Source: the human T2T-CHM13v2.0 reference genome, Homo sapiens. From it: a stretch of DNA of 64,000 nt. The stretch lies in NCBI RefSeq assembly GCF_009914755.1, contig NC_060931.1. One strand, written 5' to 3'. Positions 44,698-60,525 of this stretch are shown one piece after another; the first letter of the stretch is position 1; each line of letters opens with the position of its first letter. Below the pieces are notes generated by a model, which saw nothing but the letters and a program-made list of their open reading frames with translations, did not search any database and was not told where the DNA came from. A program made the position numbers and the translations under genes.

Positions 44698-47600
44698 CTC
44701 ATGTGGTGCAGAAGCTCACTGGTGATGGCTGCAGAAGACTCCTGAGCAAGTCTGTCCCTGAAGAGCTTGAAAACCAAATTTAAGAAAAAATAGTTTTTTC
44801 AGATTTATTTCTCCAGGCACATTCATGACATGGCTAGTAGCCAGAGACTAAAAGCCCCCATTCAGCACTTCCACTGACTGAGGCAAAGCTTTTAAACTCT
44901 CACTTGGCTCAGTTAAAATGGAGATTGAGCACTGTTGCTTCATACTTCACAAAAATGTAGTCAAGATTAATAGGTAATATTTATAAAACCTTCCTAGGTA
45001 TTTTTGATGTAGAAAAAATAGCATTTAAGTACAAATATGTTTCCTATAAATTACAGATGAAAATATTATCAGCATGCTTACAAAGAGCCAAAGTAAATTA
45101 AATCTGAAGAAAAAAAAGAACCTCAACTAGTATTTTATGAAGACAATATTTGCACAAGAGCTTCATTATATAGAATTTCTTTGTGGTTGTAAATGAAGAA
45201 TTGTCATAAACTAAGTATTGTACAAATAACAACAGAAGAGCAGCACCGGATCTAGAGTATTCACATCAGTTCTGTGAAATGGAATTGGCTTTATTTCTGA
45301 GGTCTTGTTACAAATTTCCTATATTTTTAATTTGAATGAAGCATACTAGGTTATTTTTCTGTTTTTTAAAAATAATATGTGGCAAATTATAGACAATTTA
45401 AAGTTACAGAAATATAGAAGAAAATAAAATATCCAATTGTCTTGCCACTTTGGAAAATAACCACCCATGGAAGTATTTACTTATAATCTTTTTGTTCTGA
45501 AAATATTTCTCCCAGAGTTCTAATCACGTGGCATGATTTTATATTGGTACACTATAAAATGGTATACATTCACTTTTATACAAAATTTGAAAATAGGAAT
45601 TTTTAAGAACCTCACTTCACAAATAAGGACTGATAATATTTTTATTAATCCCATGTAGATTTTTTTTATCAGGGTCAGCATTGCATTTTTGGTACCATGT
45701 GTAATGTTCCTTCCCACCCCCACCTTCCATCTACCTCCTCTACCCTTCCCACCCTCAATCTTTCCTTTCTTTAAATGTGCCTTTTTTTCTGTCACTTTTG
45801 TCAAGTGAGACCAGAGGGCTTAAATTTAATAAAGTCCCCTTGTTAAGGGAGAGCCTGTTTTTAGCCCATGTGCTAGTGCATGTAGCACATTTTATTGATT
45901 CCTTTAAAGTATTATTATCTCAAGGACACTTACTGGGCTTAGATAAACTGTGATATGTTAAGGAGCTTGGTCATAGGATAAAAATCTGTCACTGGCTTAT
46001 TTACCACTTTTTATTAATTAAATAGCATGACCCAGGTCATTCAGTCTGTATTTGAAGATGGAGAAAGTCATTATTCAAGGTCTTTCACAATCAAAATGGT
46101 CTTTATGTTGTTCTGAACAACTTTTGTGGGAAGAAGAGACACAGCAGTTTGTTTAGTAATTCTGTCTACAGTGTATCATACTGGTAGCCCTTTTGGTGCC
46201 TCCAGGAGAAGTAGCAAATGGCATCCTTCCTAGGTAAATGAATTACAGTGGGACACAGCCCTGGGGCCACAAGACATGGAATTCTCATGAAGAAAAGTCA
46301 CCTCATTGACTTTCTCCAGGGAGGAACAGCTCCCTGCTAGGGTGTACCTTGTGAGAGAACCAAGGACCAAATTTCAGTTCCCTCTTAACATTTTAGTCAC
46401 ATGTGTGGAGGCATAACCACTCAATTCTAGGCAGCAACCCTTGTGTTCATGACACCTATAAAAATATGCAGACATTTCTTTATATATTTGTATTTATATA
46501 CACTTACCTATTTATGTATTTATGTATATATACTGCTGATAGTTACAACCAAATTATTTTAGGCGATCTTCAAAGAAAGCAAGAGATTATACCTTAACTA
46601 TGAAATCAATCACATGATTTAGCACTTAAGGTATAAAAACATGTTCAGAATCCAAAGGGGAATGATTTAGTAAAATACAGACCACAGATTTGAATCCAGA
46701 TTACAGAGTGATCTGACAACTCCTAATCTGATCATATATCTTAATTTAGTATCAAATAAGAACTCAAGTGAGCTTGATATTCTTATATTTAAGTTATTTA
46801 ATTTCTGAGTAAGCATTATGTTCAGTGGTCTTTAAGAAGATTATATGGATAATAGTGGATAATATATCTTCCCTCCTCAATCTTTGCATACCTATTGATA
46901 CTTCCTTTTGCCTTTACATATAAAAGACAATCACTATAGGTTAAATCATCCCCATTCTCTCCCCCAAATTTAACTTTTTCCAAATATTCTGTTTTATTTA
47001 TTATTATGCAAGTCACATTGCAGAAGAGCAGTCTAAGGTCCACCGGATTTGTTTGTTACGTCGTAGACAATAATAATCTAACTCAATAAAGGCTTAATTT
47101 TTTTCTTAATCTTTCCTAAAAACTTTTAGTGGTATAGGTTTAGAGATGTATCTCTTTCCTTAGATTTTTACATTAGTTATGGGAAGTCTTTTAAGTTTGC
47201 ATCCTCAGATATTTTATTTGGTTCAGTAAAGATTTTTTTATTATATTCTTAAATATTGTTTTTATTTTAATTCAGAAATACCTTTACTTTTTAGAATATG
47301 TCTTTGTTCTCTGTTATTCTGCTATTATGATCTCTATCATGATAATCTCTTTATTCTTTTCCCTTATATTCTTGGATAACTTCACTTTTGTTTTATACTG
47401 ATTGTATTTCCAACAATGCCATTCTACTATGCATAAGTTTTAATTCTGCTATTACATTATTTCTTTGTAACACTTCTTCCTTTGCTAACCATCTCATTTT
47501 TTACCTCATTTTGTTCCACTTTTTACAAAAATATCTCCTTTCCTTCAAATACACTATTGAAGCAGGACATTACTATTGTTGTTTTTCTAGCTCCTGTGTG

Positions 47601-48837
47601 AATTCTAAAAATCAGTCCTTTTCAGTGTTACTCTTCGAAATAATTAAAATGCTATTCCCATTCTCTTATTTTGCAGATCTGTTGTTGTGTTTGCTGTCAC
47701 TTGTTGCTCTTTTTATAGACTCAACTTGTTTATTTGTTTGGAATTTTATCCCTATGTAATTGCCTGTATGCTTTTTAAAAACTCTACCCAAACTTAACAT
47801 TTGCCAGCAGACAGGATAGACAATGCCTGTGTTCAATATCCGTTTAGGTGCTTGTGGAACATCCTTTCTCTGATTTAAAGTCAGAAGACAAATTTACGAG
47901 CCCAGGTTGTTTTTTGATTTTCAGTGTTTAGCAGGCATTCATCTATACATTCTACCATGCTAAGCATAATTTTCTCCATGCCAATTTTTTCGATCTCTAA
48001 AACCTTTAAATTATGAAGTACATGAAAACTCAAATCCTCAGCATACAGTGCTACCAAGATTTTTATTATTTCATCCCCTACCTAGAGCACCATATCTGAT
48101 GTGGTTACAGCTGCCAAGATGCTTAAGGAGTTACCAGTCTTCCCTACTTCCCACCCTGTTTATTTGCTGAAATTAATTTCCAAATGGATGTTAGAAATTT
48201 GGAGTCATGAAACAGAGAACAATGCCCTGGTTACCTTAAAAAGCAGCATCTTCTCCACTGGCAGCCGTTTGCTCACCTTTTTGCTTGATCCGAGCCTGGT
48301 CTAAGAATCTAGAAACTAATATTGAGAAAGAGAAAGGATATTTCTGGCTTCTATTAGGTAAATGGGTTGTTCTCTTTATTAGGCAAAGCCCAGGCAGCCA
48401 TCAGTTGTTTTTCTCTATCCAGTTTTATTGCCCTTATGGTTAGTGGAAATGGAGTGAAGCAATCAATTGCCTGTCAGCTTTCACTTTTTCGATGGTTGTG
48501 AGTGTTGATCTTTTCTAAAAATTGGCATTTTATTCCTCTGCTTGTTCCTAATCACCAGTCTTATCATTGCTCAAGCTAAGCCTGCATCAAAAGCCTCAGT
48601 TAAGTGTCCTTGCTGTTTCCAAGCCTTGCTGATGTTGTCTGAGATTTTTCTAAGGTCAAATGATAATCTACTAACCAGAATCCCCCACAACAGAAAGCTA
48701 GGATTGTCAGCAGTTTCATAAATAAATGAGTCACCAGAGCTTATTTCTAACCCTTTTTATACCTGGAATTCACTTAAATATTGCCATATAAGGCTACAAT
48801 AAATGTAGATAATTAGCGTAGAAGGATACTGTGCACA

Positions 48838-48982
48838 GGCACATGGCCTCATGAACACATACACACACTCTCTGTGTGAACACACACATCTTGTCATGTA
48901 TGAACACAAGCCAGTCCTTACACGTGAGCGTGTACATGGTCTCACAAATGAGCATATCGATAGCCTCATGCATGAACACACA
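48838..48982. repeat. Degenerate ~24-bp minisatellite, about 6 copies
   Basis: Recurring units resembling atggcctcaygcatgaacacacac. Confidence 0.55.
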
Positions 48983-50091
48983 GGAATAAAATGGTTCAGT
49001 ACAATTATACCACAACTGAAAAAACAACATAAATCCCATCAAAGGCAAATACAAGGTGTAAAATATAACTGAGAGGAAAAACAAAGAAATGACAAGAAAT
49101 GGATATGTGTGGTGCGGAAAGTAATGATCCAATCATTTTTACACATATCGTTTGTTAACTTCATAATAATCTGACAAGGAAGGTACCAGGAATCAAATGA
49201 ATTCAATTAATTATCTATTCATGAAATGTATCAGTTACCTACTATGTGCTAGGCACTAGCACTGACACTGAGGCTCAGTAAGGCAATTACTGGTAAACTA
49301 TTCAGTGATATTGGTGAGTGCCAAATTCAAGCCTAACGATATTGCCCGTGTGTTCTCCACTACCCCACACTAAAGTACAGGATTGATTTATTCTTATTTT
49401 TTCCTAGAACACTATTTTTGCAGAAGCTTTTGTATAGCTAATTTAAATAGAAATATAATATTTCTTTACATAGTGAAACTCTGAGTTAGTTCATGATGCA
49501 AAGTTTCCATATAGTTTTTCCATATCAGAAATTTTGAGTAAAATGTATGTTTAAAACACTAGCTTGGTAAAGTGATAATAGTGGCAAGGTTTCTGAATAT
49601 GTCTGAGTTCCACCACTCTGCATAATAACTGACAGAACAGCTAGAATAATAAGACCAAAAGCCCAAACACTACTTCCAGAAAAATGTAGCTGCAAGGCAT
49701 CCTCCAAACCTAAAAACACAAACTGGGAGCTACAAGCTACCAGTACAACAAGATCCATGTGGCCTCGCAACTGTAAAAGAAGAAACAGAAAACAAGAGGA
49801 TTTCAGATGGCCATGAGACCCAGAAAACCAACAGTGCTAACTAGAATGCTCAATAGGCCACGCTGAGTACAGCAGCCAAAAATGGGTGGGAAGTTTATGG
49901 GCTCCAATTTGCTGGGTAATGGAATAGAACCACAATAAGGTCAAATGGTGGTGGAGCAGTGTGGGCCTTTTAAACTCTGGAAACTAATCAGCTAAAACTT
50001 CCTTTCAGGGCAAAGGTTAACACTGAGGAGAAACTGCTGGAAGTAGAATCCAAATTAAGTAAGAGAAGAAACAGAGACCAGATCCAGGTGA

Positions 50092-50454
<363 letters not shown>

Positions 50455-51036
50455 CAGGGCCATATTTTTAACACTGTGAAAATAACAGGAGAAGGAATTC
50501 TGAAGCTGTCAGGTGAAGAAAATGATTCTGATCCACGTCTCCTTATAAGAATAGAGAAAAAATAATCACCCTGAAACACGGATAACAGAAAAGGATTATA
50601 ATAAAACAGTATTCAAAATCTATGTTTCAGAAAAATAGAATAAGATACACAAAAAGATCCTATAAACAAATAAATAAACCTCAGAAAATTTGCCTGAAAA
50701 TATGAAAATTATAATCTAATACTTAAAAATAAACTATAATAAATTAAGAAAACAATGAAATATTGACAAAAATATGATGCAGAAAAACTTAGAATTTATG
50801 TTATTAGAGAAAAGAAAGACTTGAAAAGATAGCTGGGAAAATATAGGAAAGATTTAGAAATAAAAGGAAAAGATTTCCAGATCTAAAGAATGAACTAGAA
50901 GAAACACAAGAATGAACTTGAGATAATATACTAAGAGAAATAAGATAAATGGAAAAATTATGAAAGTTAAAATAAATGAAGATATATACAAGATACAAGA
51001 GACAGTGACAGACACAGAATAAGTAAAAGTAAAATC

Positions 51037-51072
<36 letters not shown>

Positions 51073-51667
51073 GAAGGAAAACAGCAAAATGCAGTAGAAC
51101 AAATACAAAAAATTTTAATCCTACAAACTTGGAAATAAACAAAAACCTAACTTGAAAAGAAAATTATTGCTTGAAACTGCAACCAGAATGAACAACACAG
51201 AGACATATACTAATAATATGATGAAACGTAAAGAAAAATAAAACGAAATCCACTGGGTGCCAGGCAAAAAGACCAAGTCACTAATAAGGGCAACAGCAGA
51301 TTGTCAGCTATTTTTTCCCAGCAACATTTCATGATGGAAGACAATATAGCAAAGTATTTGAGAAACTCAGGAAGAAAATGTGAGCTAATGATTTTATATG
51401 TAGCACAAATGACATCAAGTATAAAAGCCATAACAAAACATCATGAAAATTTAAGAATTCAGAGAATATTGTGCCCATAAACCCTTCTTCAGGCATTTAA
51501 CAAGAATGGGATTCTGACAAACAAAATGACTAGAATGACAATGATGTTAGGACCAGTGATGAACACTGGATAAATATTTACCTGAAAAACTAAAGCAAAA
51601 TGGCAATTATAATAGAGAAATTATAGTATGTCATGGCTATATATTCTTACCGTTATCATCAAATGTA

Positions 51668-52280
<613 letters not shown>

Positions 52281-52797
52281 AAAGTAAAGACTGAAGTATA
52301 TGAAATTAATGATTAATCAAAATTAATTTTCAAAATTAATGATTGTCTTATGTTTATTAACCAAAAAATTAATGCTTTACATTAAATGTTAGGAAAGAAT
52401 GGGGAGGGAGGAAATAGGCTATTTGCTACTTTTAATATTGCTTGTGATAGGACACTAAAAGACAACATTCAGAAAGAAAAGGACTACAGTTATTGTATAA
52501 GAATATTAGTATAAAATAAACGTTAGAACAAAAATACCAACTTTCCTAAATACCAAATAAAATACTTATGGAGAGATCAATAAAATATTTTCAAAGTGAT
52601 TATCTATACAGTAGATAAGGAATAGGGCCAAGAGGACAAGACTTTTCTGAACATACCTTGTTTATATATTTGACTTTGGAACAATGAAAATATTGTAAAT
52701 AACTTTAATATTTTTTAAAAGGAAGTTATAAAAGTTTAAAGCAACACAAAACAAATTAACCCAACTATGTATTGAGTTTGTAGCATAACTTACCCTA

Positions 52798-53170
52798 TGT
52801 GTTATTTGTTTTCATATTGCTATGAAGAAATATCTGAGAATGGGTAATTTATAAAGAAAGGGTTTTAATTGATTCACAGTTCTGCATGGCTGGGGAAGCT
52901 TCAAGAAAATTACAATCATGGTGGAAGAGGAAGCAAACACCTCCTTCTTCAAATGGCAGCAGGAGAGAGAAGTGCAGAGCAAAAGGGGCGAAAACCCCTT
53001 ATAAAACCATGAGATCTCATGAGAACTCACTATCACAACAACAGCGTGGGGGAACTGCCTCCATAAATCGAATCACCTCCCACAAGGTCCCTCCCCAACG
53101 CTTTGGGATTACAATTCAGATTAAAATTCAAGATGAGATTTGGGTGGGGACACAGACCCAGACCATATCA
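52798..53170 (-). mobile_element. THE1 (THE1C-like) MaLR solo LTR
   Basis: tgtgttatttgttttcatattgct...ccccttataaaacca...gagatttgggtggggacacag...accatatca. Confidence 0.9.
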
Positions 53171-54750
53171 GCCTGTGAAAATTATTTTAATTGACTTTGA
53201 AACACCACAACTCTACTATATATGCTAGGTGAGATGTAAACTAAGTACAAACATAACTGCAAACTTTTTTAAACTTTAGTCATCGTATTTTTGATGGCAG
53301 TGTTTATGTTTTACTCTGTGTCCATTGTGTGTATATCATGAAATAAAGCAAATGAATGATTATACTGGTTTCTTTGTGAACTGAGATTTTCAGCATAAGA
53401 CAAAGGAAACACATATCAGATCAATGCAGTTAAGTAAAAAAAACCTTATAGCACTAAAAGTGAGTAGAATATGTCAATATCAACTTATGATATAATTTAG
53501 TAACCAAAAAACCTCGGTTCACTGAAAAACCCTGAAATGATGACCAACCTAATAGCAATAAGTAGCTTATATCACAATAAGCAAATAACAACTCCTACCA
53601 CCCAGGTTGTTACTTTTAATACTATTTCCAATAATTCTGCAGCAATGACTGATTCCAGATCTTTGACATAAAATAGGCTGACACTTCTTGCCATGTAGAA
53701 AATTAGAAAGCTACTGAAGAATATTTCAGATGGGTTAAAGGGTCATAAAAGCCAACTTAAAGAGGCTTCTGCTGGCCAAAGATGGGACTCTTGAATATCA
53801 ATAAGTTTAATTGCATCTATGGATGAACACATTAAATATATTTAAAATGTGGTAGATAACAACTAAAAAATTCACTGGTCATATTTGAAGTATAATGGGA
53901 ACCAATTTGTTATTTTGAAAATTGCAAATATAGAGAAAAAATAAAGCAAATTGTATCTGTATACAAACTGTATATACCTCAGGATATCTAAACAGTTGAT
54001 GAAGAGATGTATTTCTTTATAGAAGTATCTCAGCGAATAAATTAAGTAGGAGTGATAGAATTTTAATATTTCAACATCATAATTATGTAATACATCTATA
54101 ATAAATAATAGTCAATAATAAAAAAGTCAGCCAGGTATTTCATGCTTCTTGACAGATGTACAACATATTACCTGAAATATTCTTGTCAAAAAATTAAATC
54201 TGATCAAATCTCTAGATCTTACTGCCAATTTATAGGCAATAGGACAATGGAATGTGTTAATTGATATAAGATGCAATTAGCAAAATCCAGACTATGGAAA
54301 ACTGTGCAAGATAAATCAGCTGATTTGTTCAGCAAAGAGACTATTTAAAAAAAATTGAAGATGGAGAGGATACCTATATGGCAAAAGAGACTTCAAAGTT
54401 TTATCGACCAACTATAATGTATAAGCCTTACATGAATACTGATTTAAACTAATAATCTTTTTTAAAATACTGACATAGTCAGAGATTTTCAACCTTATTG
54501 GATATACAATGCTCTTGGAAAATTATTATTAACTTTTAGGTATAATAATAAGTCTCTGCTCCTGTGTCTTAAATAACCCCTATCTTATTAAGGTATATAT
54601 TAAAGTATATGTAGATAAAATCATAAAACATTAAAATATTCTGGGTGGGGACAAAGGAGAGTGAGTAGGGTAGACATAAAACAAGATTGAGCATGACGAT
54701 AAATGATGAAATTGAGTGATGCATAGAGATTTATCATCTTATCCATTACA
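53171..54750 (+). mobile_element. Old L1MC/L1ME 3' region (also ~52570-52797)
   Basis: ctgatcaaatctctagatcttactgccaattta...caattagcaaaatccagactatgg...aagagacttca; approximate boundaries. Confidence 0.6.
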
Positions 54751-54753
54751 GTT

Positions 54754-54890
54754 TTATATATATATACGTATATATACGTATATATGTATATACATGTATA
54801 TATGTATATATGTATGTATGTATAAGTATGTATATATGTATGTATATATGTATGTATATATATATGTATATATGTATGTATATGTGTGTA
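54754..54890. repeat. (TA)n/(TATG)n compound microsatellite
   Basis: Directly visible; resumes at 55333-55357. Confidence 0.95.
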
Positions 54891-55330
54891 TCACAATAGC
54901 AAAGACTTGGAACCAACCCAAATGTCCAACAATGATAGACTGGATTAAGAAAATGTGGCACATATACACCATGGAATACTATGCAGCCATAAAAAATGAT
55001 GAGTTCATGTCCTTTGTAGGGACATGGGTGAAATTGGAAATCATCATTCTCAGTAAACTATCTCAAGAACAAAAAACCAAACACCGCATATTCTCACTCA
55101 TAGGTGGGAATTGAACAATGAGATCACATGGATACAGGAAGGGGAATATCACACTCTGGGGACTGTTGTGGGGTGGGGGGAAGGGGGAGGGATAGCATTG
55201 GGAGATATACCTAATGCTAGATGACGAGTTAGTGGGTGCAGTGCACCAGCATGGCACATGTATACATATGTAACTAACCTGCACAATGTGCACATGTATC
55301 CTAAAACTTAAAGTATAATTAAAAAAAAAA
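54891..55330 (+). mobile_element. 5'-truncated L1PA2-like 3' end with poly(A)
   Basis: Encodes [11 protein letters not shown]...SLIGGN*, then 3'UTR with gatgacgagttagt and an A tail. Confidence 0.95.
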
Positions 55331-56662
55331 AAGTATGTATATATATGTATATATATGAGATTTTGCATAAGTATCTTTTCAGTTAGAAAAGAAAATCAAA
55401 AATAATACCTAGTTTTGGAGGGGAGTATGAATCTCCATATTAAACTAAAATGAATGTTTTATTTTTCAACTGATATTTCAGTGTTTGAGTAAAAATATTA
55501 TGAAGCTTTAAAATGTTTGAAAAGAACAGCCTTAGGTTTAATTATAGAAAATTTAAAATGGAAATTCTTACATCTGTAACTGGTCATTAACCTATTTTGT
55601 TTTGTTTAGGGATTTTTCTTCTGGTCATTTAAAATGAAACACTTTCTTTAAGACATACATACAGAAATATAGCTAACTAGAAAGCTCATGGCTTATAATT
55701 TTAACAAACATCTTTTACCCAGAGAAGCAAATTTCTTAAGTATTATATATTTTCTCTTCAAAAGCTTGAACAGCCTCAAATAAGACACATCATTGAGATG
55801 AAAATTGATTTTTTTACATATAATTGGCTTTTGCCCCCACCTCTACATTACGTTATAGGTTTTTTTTTACTTCAAAAAATAAACATAAAAACATTAAAGA
55901 ATGAATTTTTAAACAAGACTCGACTTCAACATCTCTGAATTGGAATTGAAATACATCAGATATATGGTAACAAATTAAATTAATTTAAAAGCAAGAAAAA
56001 TAATCATAAACTCAGAAGGCTCTATATTTTATGCATTCCTGGAAGACTTAACCCACAATTACTAAAAATTGAATAAATGTTCATTTATGAGTTTATTACA
56101 CTGTATTGAGGAGTCATTAACTTAGCTCGGTACAGCAATGTGTTATGATATGACTGAAGCTGTGATCACAGTGCTTGATGGAAATAAAAGTATCATTATA
56201 CTCTCCAGGAGCTATTTATTGCTAATGTAAACAAGAATAAGAATACGCATGCAATAGAGAAGACAGTAAATGATAGGCAACTATCTAATTTAACTATAAC
56301 ATTTTTCTGAGAGAATGCTGACTCAGAATTCAAGAAACAACTCGTAAAAAAAGAGCAAAAGTTTTCAGCCATTTCACATATAACCAAATATGAGGGGGAA
56401 AGATTAGTCGTAAATATGGACTGATTATATGGATAATCTCCAGTCTCCTCTCTAACCCAATGACTACATAGCTCAGAGAATCCAAGTCATGCTGTCTTGT
56501 CAAGTTTCTCTTGTGACGGAAGCTTTTAGAAGACCTAAAAGTGTTGAATGTCAATTCTATAATAATTTAATACAGCATGGGTTCTCCCTTGGTAGAATAT
56601 AAAAACTAAAAACATACCACTTTAGATCCAATCTCAAATTTACCTTTTAGGGAAGACTGTGT

Positions 56663-57100
56663 GTGTAGTACGTATTGTGACGTGCCACCCAGATCCCACT
56701 GCAGGAATAGGGTCTTGATCTCTCAGCTTCTGGGATTGCTCCTTTGGCAGCCAGCCCTCTTAGGGAATTGTCTTGGCTGGAGAGAGCCACCTCACCCAAG
56801 CCCATGCCCTATTCCTGGGACAACCCTCATCCAATGATTGATCAACATGAGGACATAAAAGCCTGGGGCCACATTGCCCTAACTCAGGACAACTCTGAAA
56901 GACCCATCCCACTTTAGAGCTCCCTTTGGGCTGGCTGAGACCTCCAATGAGGCCTCATGATAGCCCAACTTCTACCTCTGACCAATCTTGCTTTCTTTTC
57001 ATCCCTCCCTGTATCAAGTATGGCCCCAAGAGAATTTCCTGATAAACTTCCTGTACCCCAATCTCTGAATCACAGTCTGCTTCTCAGGAATCTGTGATGG
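56663..57100 (+). mobile_element. LTR16-like ERVL LTR
   Basis: gtgccacccagatccc...aactcaggacaactctgaa...ataaacttcctgtacccc aatctc...cagtctgcttc. Confidence 0.8.
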
Positions 57101-57669
57101 TTGGCATCAAAAACTTGAGCGGGGAGAGGACAAAACGTAGACAAGACAAAACAACATTCTATAAGTCTAAGTGGTTACTGAGTTGAGATATGTCCAAGGT
57201 GTCGTTTATACAGCATTGCAGCTTTGAAGGCCAAAGATGTGACTAGATAAATTTTATTCAGAATGGAAGTCAAGAAAGTAAATCAGTTTCATAGTTGAGT
57301 AGCTCCACCATGCTATACAGTTTCTTTGTCACTGGTCATACAAATATAAAGACAGAACTCCTATTCTCAAAGAGGTATAGTTCAACCTAATGTATGACCA
57401 TGTATTAAGATCAATATATTATGATACTGTTTAGATTGGGAAACTTTTAAGGAAGTTTGGTCACTCAACATAAAATATTGAATTTGCAAAATACCACCGG
57501 CTAATCTAATTGTGTTGGCAGAAGATTAAAGGTGTTTTTTTTCTATTTTCTAGGTCCCCACTTGAATCACTATAATTATTGAAAATAGCAGCTGATACGT
57601 ACCAATATAAAACTGAAGACTTGCTATGACCCAGGAACTCTGGGAAGCATGTTATGTAATTGCATCTGC

Positions 57670-57960
57670 CTTCCTTGCTGGACTCTAAGCTCCTTGAGGA
57701 CAAAGATGTATCCATTGTGCCACTTCTACATTCTCCAAGCCTAGCAGAGAACCAAGAACTAAGGGCTCAAAAACATGTGTTGAATTAATTAAGAATATCA
57801 CAACAAATCCTCTGAAAAACTCAGAGATAAGTGACATCATCATCCTTATTTTATAGATGACAAACCTGAAATTTGGGTCAAGAACACAGAGCCTGTGGGT
57901 GACAAACAGCAATCCAAACCAACAATCAGATTCCCAAACTTGAAAACTCATCTACTCTGC
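57670..57960. mobile_element. L2 3' end (+) followed by MIR (-)
   Basis: gactctaagctccttgagg...ctcaaaaacatgtgttgaat, then catccttattttatagatgacaaacctga. Confidence 0.65.
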
Positions 57961-59356
57961 CTCACTGATCAGTTTGTTTGCCCAGTTTCACCATAAAAGA
58001 GTAGGTAAGATGGGGAGTGAGGAGAGAGACACAAGGAAAAACATCCCTTGCTTGAGACACCCTCTTCTTTCTTACTCACTTGCCACACATTCTTTAAGGC
58101 TTATTTCCAGCCCAAAATTCTCCAAGAAATCTTTTTGGACCATACAGCTCTTTTTGTTTCTTCTGAATACCAGCAGCCCTTAATATCCATTGAAAAGAAT
58201 TAAAAAACTACCCCAGCTCTCCTGCATAGCTCATTCTTGTTAAGTGTATGGAGTCCTCTGAATTTCCCAAAAGCATGATAAGGTCCTAAGGGCAAGGTAC
58301 CCAATTATTTTCCCTGTTTGCGGAACAGCACACAGCACAAAAATGAACACATGGTTTAGGTTCTTTGTAACTACCTAAGGTCAGATCAGCTAGAGTGACT
58401 AGTTAATGATATACATAATATCAGTATCAGACCAGGAATATCCTTCCTCCTCTCATTTGTAAAATTCTCTCAAATATCACCCATTAAAACTGTGGACTTC
58501 TTCATCCTTTTTGTGTTCATTTATCTAAAGTGCTAGACAAGCCAGGAGAATGCCCTGGCCAAAGAAAATTAAAGGAAGAAAAGGTTATGAGCTTTTTGCT
58601 TCCTCCCATGCACACTTTGCTTAATTCAGGGAGCATTTGGTTTTTATTCCATGAGAGACCAAGGACTCCCACTTCAAAAACAACACAATGATTATGGCCA
58701 GCAAAATTCCTATAAAAGAGAACATAAAGAAACTTCAGAGACATTTAATTGATCTACAGTAAGAATGGGCCAGGATTTTTACACTCTGGAAGTATTAGGT
58801 AGAACTGTAGTTAAAATTATTTATTTTATTACAAGAATAGTACAAGGCTGTCTTTATGCCAGAGTAATTATCCAGTTAATTGCCCTAGAATGAGTATAAC
58901 CCAGTTTCCAGATACATAACACACATTTTGCCAAATGTGACTTGACTTATGCCAGCAGCCTGCAACAGTTTTAATCTCAAAAGTTGCCAGGGAACTTAAA
59001 GGACACCCACGGGAGCCTGGGGCAAGCCCAAGACTGCACAGCAGGAAGCACATGGAAGGGGAAGGAAGAAAAGGAATGACTATCAGCTGCTGGGACCAAG
59101 GAGTCCAGGAAAGTAGAACAAGGAAGGGATGTGAGCAGAGGAAAACAAGTAGAAGAAAGGAAAAAATAAGTAAATGTGGTGAAGAACAATGGCCTTCTTT
59201 TTGGCATTAACGGAATAAAATATGTTTTGGGCATCATAGATGTTACTGCTCTTTTTTGAGAATTAAATGAAGTATATAATGAGCTAGGCAAAGTGCCAAA
59301 CATATAGTAATAATTTTAGGATGTTAGGTGTTTTTTGTCCCCCAAAGGGATGTTTG

Positions 59357-59708
<352 letters not shown>

Positions 59709-60525
59709 TAATTACTGGGAAAGTCTTGACTTAGTCTGTTTCCAGAAAAAGGCTTGTATTAGTAGATATATAAAATACTCCATCTGCTATCGTAAGTCAT
59801 GCTGGCACTTCATGTATGGGAATTAGTTTTTAGTCCTGTACCAAATGAATTTGGAAATCAAGGTTACCCATGCAAAGTCCCTTGATTTATATAAGATTAT
59901 ACATCCCTAATTCCAACTAGACTCTTGTTTACCTTATAGCCATTTCCTGCCTCTAAGTTGCAATAGTACATACAAAATAAATGGAAAAATAAGTTCTCAA
60001 ACTTCATCAAAATATTAAATAAATTTCCAAATTTCACTGGAATCACAAGGTTTTAGCCCTTTCATCTGAGTCCTTTTTATCAGAGTTATTACTAAGGAGT
60101 TCAATGGACTTCATTGAGTTCCTATCTATATTATTTCTCCAGTCTGAGATAAATATATCAATGAGTGCTTAAATGGCCCAAAAGTGAGCAGCAGGAGGAA
60201 AGGGAAAAAATCAGAAAGCCCCAAGCTTTATCAGCTATATAAGCAATCACTAAATAATTGAGAATTAAACTAAGACAGTTACTGATAAACATATGCTGGT
60301 GTTAAACAGGAGTTAAAATGGCACCAAAATTTGCCCATCTTGTGACTTTAAGCATAGAATTTACAAACTCAACTCACTTACCGTACAAACAGAGGAACCG
60401 TTGGTGAAGGGACATTCTGCAATACCACCACAGGTCCTTAGTGACTGAACCAGTACTAGCAATGGTCTCCTAACTTGCAGGGTTGAATTCTCCCTTCCAT
60501 TCGACCACAGCTATCTCAGAGATCT

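Noticed and set aside
45240-45260. cagcaccgga, REST half-site-like
   Set aside because: The right half (GGACAG) and spacing do not match.
47050-48700. T-rich region possibly an antisense HAL1/L1M remnant
   Set aside because: Too degenerate to assign a family or boundaries.
54716-55114. 132-aa ORF fusing a Tyr/Ile/Met repeat to the L1 ORF2 C-terminus
   Set aside because: Chance in-frame junction of a (TA)n microsatellite and a truncated L1.
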